Of a DNA stretch of 20,755 nucleotides, positions 19,540-20,755 are shown piece by piece. A program made the position numbers and the translations under genes. Below the pieces are notes generated by a model. The model made no database searches. It was not told where the DNA came from and saw only the letters and a program-made list of their open reading frames with translations. This DNA is from Histomonas meleagridis 2922-C6/04-290x (lineage: Eukaryota; Protista; Parabasalia), in contig JAANOX010000157.1 of NCBI GenBank assembly GCA_020184695.1, forward strand, positions 1-20,755. Direction: 5' to 3'. Position 1 is the first letter of the stretch. Each line of letters begins with the position of its first letter.

Positions 19540-20755
19540 AGCTCTCCTGATTTACACTTCTTTGCTTCATGTTTTAGTCTGGCAATTTCTCTCTAAGCAT
19601 TTCGTGATCTTTCTTGAAACAATATAACTTCTTTGATGACATTTCTTTTTGCAAATTTGAGTATTTACTTTGCAATTGCTTTATTTCGTGACGTCTTCCT
19701 TTTTCACTCTCGTTATGTATTTAGTTGAAATGACCATTTGTTCTGTTTGTTTCATTTAATTTGTTTATTTGTTTATTATAAGCATCTTTTGTTTGATTTA
19801 ATCGATTTTTCACACTCTCTCTTAATTTGTTTAATGTTTCTTCATTTCGAGTTTTTAATGGTTGTATTTGTGATGATTTTGCTTCTTGTTTGATTTGTTT
19901 TTCATATTGTAAGATTAACCATATCTTCTTTGATAGAATTTATCTTTAAAGATGATTTTCCTCAAGTTCCTCAAATGCTTCTACGCCACTCTGCGTAATC
20001 TTGGATTTGGAATTGTTGGAGATTTTTAAGGCGATTGTCGCTGGTGTTTGATTACTTTCTTCAAGTTGCTTTTGGTTTCTCATAAATACTTCTATACATT
20101 TCTGTGTTCTTCGGAATTGATGGATTCGTTGTGTTGTATTATTTGGCTTTTGCTTAATCTCTTTGAAGTTCTTTTGTGATTTTATGGATCTTTTATGCCA
20201 ATTAAAATATCCCCTTTGTTCTACGTTGTCATGATATCAGTTAATTGCTTTTCAAATCTTTGAAATGCAATAAACTTAATTGTACCTGCTAGTTGTTACG
20301 TGGAATATTCTTTACTCTTTGGGCCGATGATTAGTTTTGCACATTTGAAATATGAGATTCTAAAGATGATCTCTTTCCAGCTTCCAATGCTATTCGTCAA
20401 TTTCAAGGATCTATTTTTCTTTCGATTTCGTTGATTTTATTTTTGAATGGATATAAACATATCCTCTACAAATTAATGCACAATAAGTTTTAAGCCTTGC
20501 ACTCTCATCTTCTGCGAGATTTATGTTTTGTTTTACCTTGTTTTTAATTTGTTCAATTCTCTTTAAAAGAATGTTTTCCATCTTCTTCCATGTACGTTAA
20601 ATTTATGCCACTGTTTATTTGACACTTTGCATATTCTGATGAATTAAATGAAACGGAATGGATATACAAATGTTCAAAATTTCTTTTCATGAATGCACCT
20701 TGTTAGGTGCATGCTTAGTATTCTACAGCATAACGATATTTAGGTTTTCAAAATA
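19540..20755 (-). pseudogene. Decayed coiled-coil-like coding sequence
   Basis: Minus-strand translation gives K/E/Q-rich fragments (ESEKGRRHEIKQLQSKYSNLQKEMS; LAEDESARLKTYC) punctuated by many stops and frame changes. Confidence 0.3.

Overview
Very AT-rich eukaryotic DNA, most likely a parabasalid (Tritrichomonas/Trichomonas-like, inferred from two DUF3447-type ankyrin genes and long intron-free ORFs). The core is a compact set of ordinary genes: importin-beta-like, a large HEAT-like solenoid, Derlin-like and an ARM-repeat protein. A frameshifted ARM gene lies at the left edge and decayed ORFs at the right edge. The main observation concerns the two DUF3447-ankyrin loci (1833-4184 +, 14392-18061 -). 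The beta-hairpin of almost every ankyrin repeat is broken by A/T-rich elements of 17 nt (rarely 18) that lack GT-AG ends and are separated by single codons: D-[17]-x-[17]-x-[17]-G-[17]-x-T. Removing them by hand gives consensus hairpins (DKNGRTAL, DQYGNTAL, DKWGSTAL, TKYGETAL, NNEGMNSL) and restores the reading frame through the repeat arrays. The D-to-T spacing is 15+17n nt (15, 49, 66, 83; two cases of 67). I know of no described mechanism matching this. Whether the elements are removed from RNA, from DNA, during translation, or not at all cannot be determined from the sequence.
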